Shown: positions 18,888 through 20,000 of the stretch, piece after piece
Numbering within the stretch: the first letter of the stretch is position 1
Layout: every line of letters begins with the position of its first letter
Origin: an uncultured virus (IMG/VR IMGVR_UViG_3300005460_000001)
Taxonomy: Duplodnaviria; Heunggongvirae; Uroviricota; Caudoviricetes
Direction: 5' to 3' (one strand)
Length of the DNA stretch: 20,000 nt
Virus record (IMG/VR): IMGVR_UViG_3300005460_000001
Coordinates: 109,476-129,475 of that record
Notes under the pieces: model-generated
The model's input: only the letters and a program-made list of their open reading frames with translations
What the model was told of the DNA's origin: nothing
The model's database searches: none
Translations under genes and position numbers: made by a program

Positions 18888-18899
18888 TATTATATTGTT
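18888..18899 (-). promoter_or_regulatory. Putative phage late promoter AACA-N6-TA
   Basis: AACA-ATATAA-TA, 25 nt before ATG 18863. Confidence 0.55.
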
Positions 18900-18913
18900 C
18901 AAGAATGTAGATT

Positions 18914-19440
18914 CTATATAAGAGCTAATAATCCAGAAAATTCATCCTTACGCCCACACACATATAAGGTGCTTGGTTGAGTAGGATTAGTAACTGTAAC
19001 GGTACTACCGCTAATCTTAGCTTTACTATATGCTTTTGATTTGAACTTAATTTGTGTGCCACTGCTATTCATCCAAAATCTAATAAAATCAATATATACT
19101 TCTGTCGTATTTGAACCACTTTGTAAATATTGTATAAAACTAGCTGTAATATAATTTGACATTAGATTTCTAATTCTTAAATCATGCACCCCAATAATAG
19201 TATTATAGTCTAAATATGCGGTACTGCTCGGCTTTGCTGTCAAAAAATATATACTATCAAAATTTGCCAAGCTTGCAGCAGTATTTAGTGTAAAAGTTGT
19301 TTCAGCAGTTAATGAAGAAAGATTAATAGCATCTGAAATTTGCGCAAACTTGCTACTTTTACTTATACTATGAATTTTATATCTATTATGGGGGGGAGGG
19401 TATTTGGAATTCCTACATTAACATTTCCTATTTGTGACAT
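18914..19440 (-). CDS. Frameshifted (phase-OFF) small protein, about 175 aa if C7 becomes C8
   Basis: SD AAAGGAGG, ATG 19440, [25 protein letters not shown]. The body frame [49 protein letters not shown]... is open from the tract. Confidence 0.8.
19390..19400 (-). repeat. Interrupted poly-C tract (sense C3TC7)
   Basis: GGGGGGGAGGG on the + strand. Confidence 0.9.
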
Positions 19441-19462
19441 GGGGTTTCCTCCTTTTAATTTG

Positions 19463-20000
19463 TTATGATACATCGAATATTGCATAATTTATTCTCATAG
19501 CTACGTTAACTGCTTGATTAAAGTAAGCATAAAGCTCTGCTGAGCTTCCTGTTCTCCATATTTCTGTAGATGTAATATGAGCATTACAAGCGTTTTGATC
19601 TCCATTTGTAACTATTGCTACAAAATAGCCCGGTCCATTGATATCCATCATTTTAGCATAGTTTTTGCCTCCCGGTTTTACAATCATTGTTCCAGAATCA
19701 TAAAGATAGAATCTTCGTGATGATCTTTGCAATATATCATGATTATGGTTACTAGAAGACGCCGCTGGGCCTTGAGGTCCTGTAGCGCCAGCGGGTCCTT
19801 GTGGACCCATAGGACCAATGTCGCCCTTTGGACCCTGTGGTCCAACTGGACCGGTATCTCCTTTAGGGCCTTGTATTCCTTGAGGGCCAGTATCGCCTTT
19901 ATCTCCCTTTAATCCTTTTAAGGATGCAAGAAAATCGGCTTCTGTACCTTGTCCGCCGTTTCTGATCCAAATATCATAAGCCGATTGCCCCCCCCCCCCC
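19463..20000 (-). CDS. Collagen-like tail fibre protein (5' partial) containing a poly-G tract
   Basis: The frame is open past the annotated ATG 19810 to the window end: (G)[26 protein letters not shown], then Gly-X-Y repeats ([24 protein letters not shown]...). Confidence 0.85.
   Translation of the reverse strand, partial: GGGGQSAYDIWIRNGGQGTEADFLASLKGLKGDKGDTGPQGIQGPKGDTGPVGPQGPKGDIGPMGPQGPAGATGPQGPAASSSNHNHDILQRSSRRFYLYDSGTMIVKPGGKNYAKMMDINGPGYFVAIVTNGDQNACNAHITSTEIWRTGSSAELYAYFNQAVNVAMRINYAIFDVS
19988..20000 (-). repeat. G tract of at least 13 nt (sense), truncated by the window end
   Basis: C13 on the + strand running to base 20000. Confidence 0.9.

Noticed and set aside
9876..19270. 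ORF-track starts at 10172, 10603, 16743, 17146 and 19270 as true gene starts
   Set aside because: They lack SD sequences and their frames stay open upstream to the homopolymer tracts, while SD-supported ATGs lie just beyond the tracts.
8730..19810. Diversity-generating retroelement or invertase shufflon acting on fibre genes
   Set aside because: No reverse transcriptase, recombinase, adenine-mismatched repeat pair or inverted cassette was seen in this window.
1090..19912. Short ORFs antisense to or nested in long genes (e.g. 1090-1401, 1954-2289, 8993-9232, 13074-13367, 17676-17930, 19727-19912)
   Set aside because: Shadow ORFs overlapping better-supported genes, with no convincing SD or protein-like signal.
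1..20000. Stop-codon reassignment as the cause of the broken genes
   Set aside because: Long ORFs are intact under the standard code, and TAA, TAG and TGA all end genes. Leaders and bodies are in different frames, so readthrough would not join them.
1..20000. tRNA, rRNA or mobile element genes
   Set aside because: None recognisable. Intergenic gaps are short and accounted for by terminators, promoters and ribosome sites.

Overview
AT-rich (roughly one-third GC by eye), densely coding segment of a large, probably jumbo, phage of a Gram-positive host. Two convergent gene blocks meet at terminators near 5.45-5.71 kb. The window is a virion receptor-binding region: fibre-like proteins, a C1q-like protein, an FN3 protein, a beta-helix tailspike, an SGNH-fold protein with mutated catalytic residues, a collagen-like fibre, and a GH25-3xLysM endolysin. 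Main observation: eight G/C homopolymer tracts. Five lie 7-17 codons after a Shine-Dalgarno-supported ATG, between short related leaders (MS[K/R]GIIT or MSx[L/I]G[N/S]) and unrelated bodies, and all five genes are out of frame by one base. This suggests a bank of small putative adhesin genes switched on and off by slipped-strand phase variation. A repeated AACA-N6-TA motif 25-30 nt before four start codons resembles the late promoter of AR9/PBS1-like jumbo phages. All product calls come from motif recognition by eye, not database searches.
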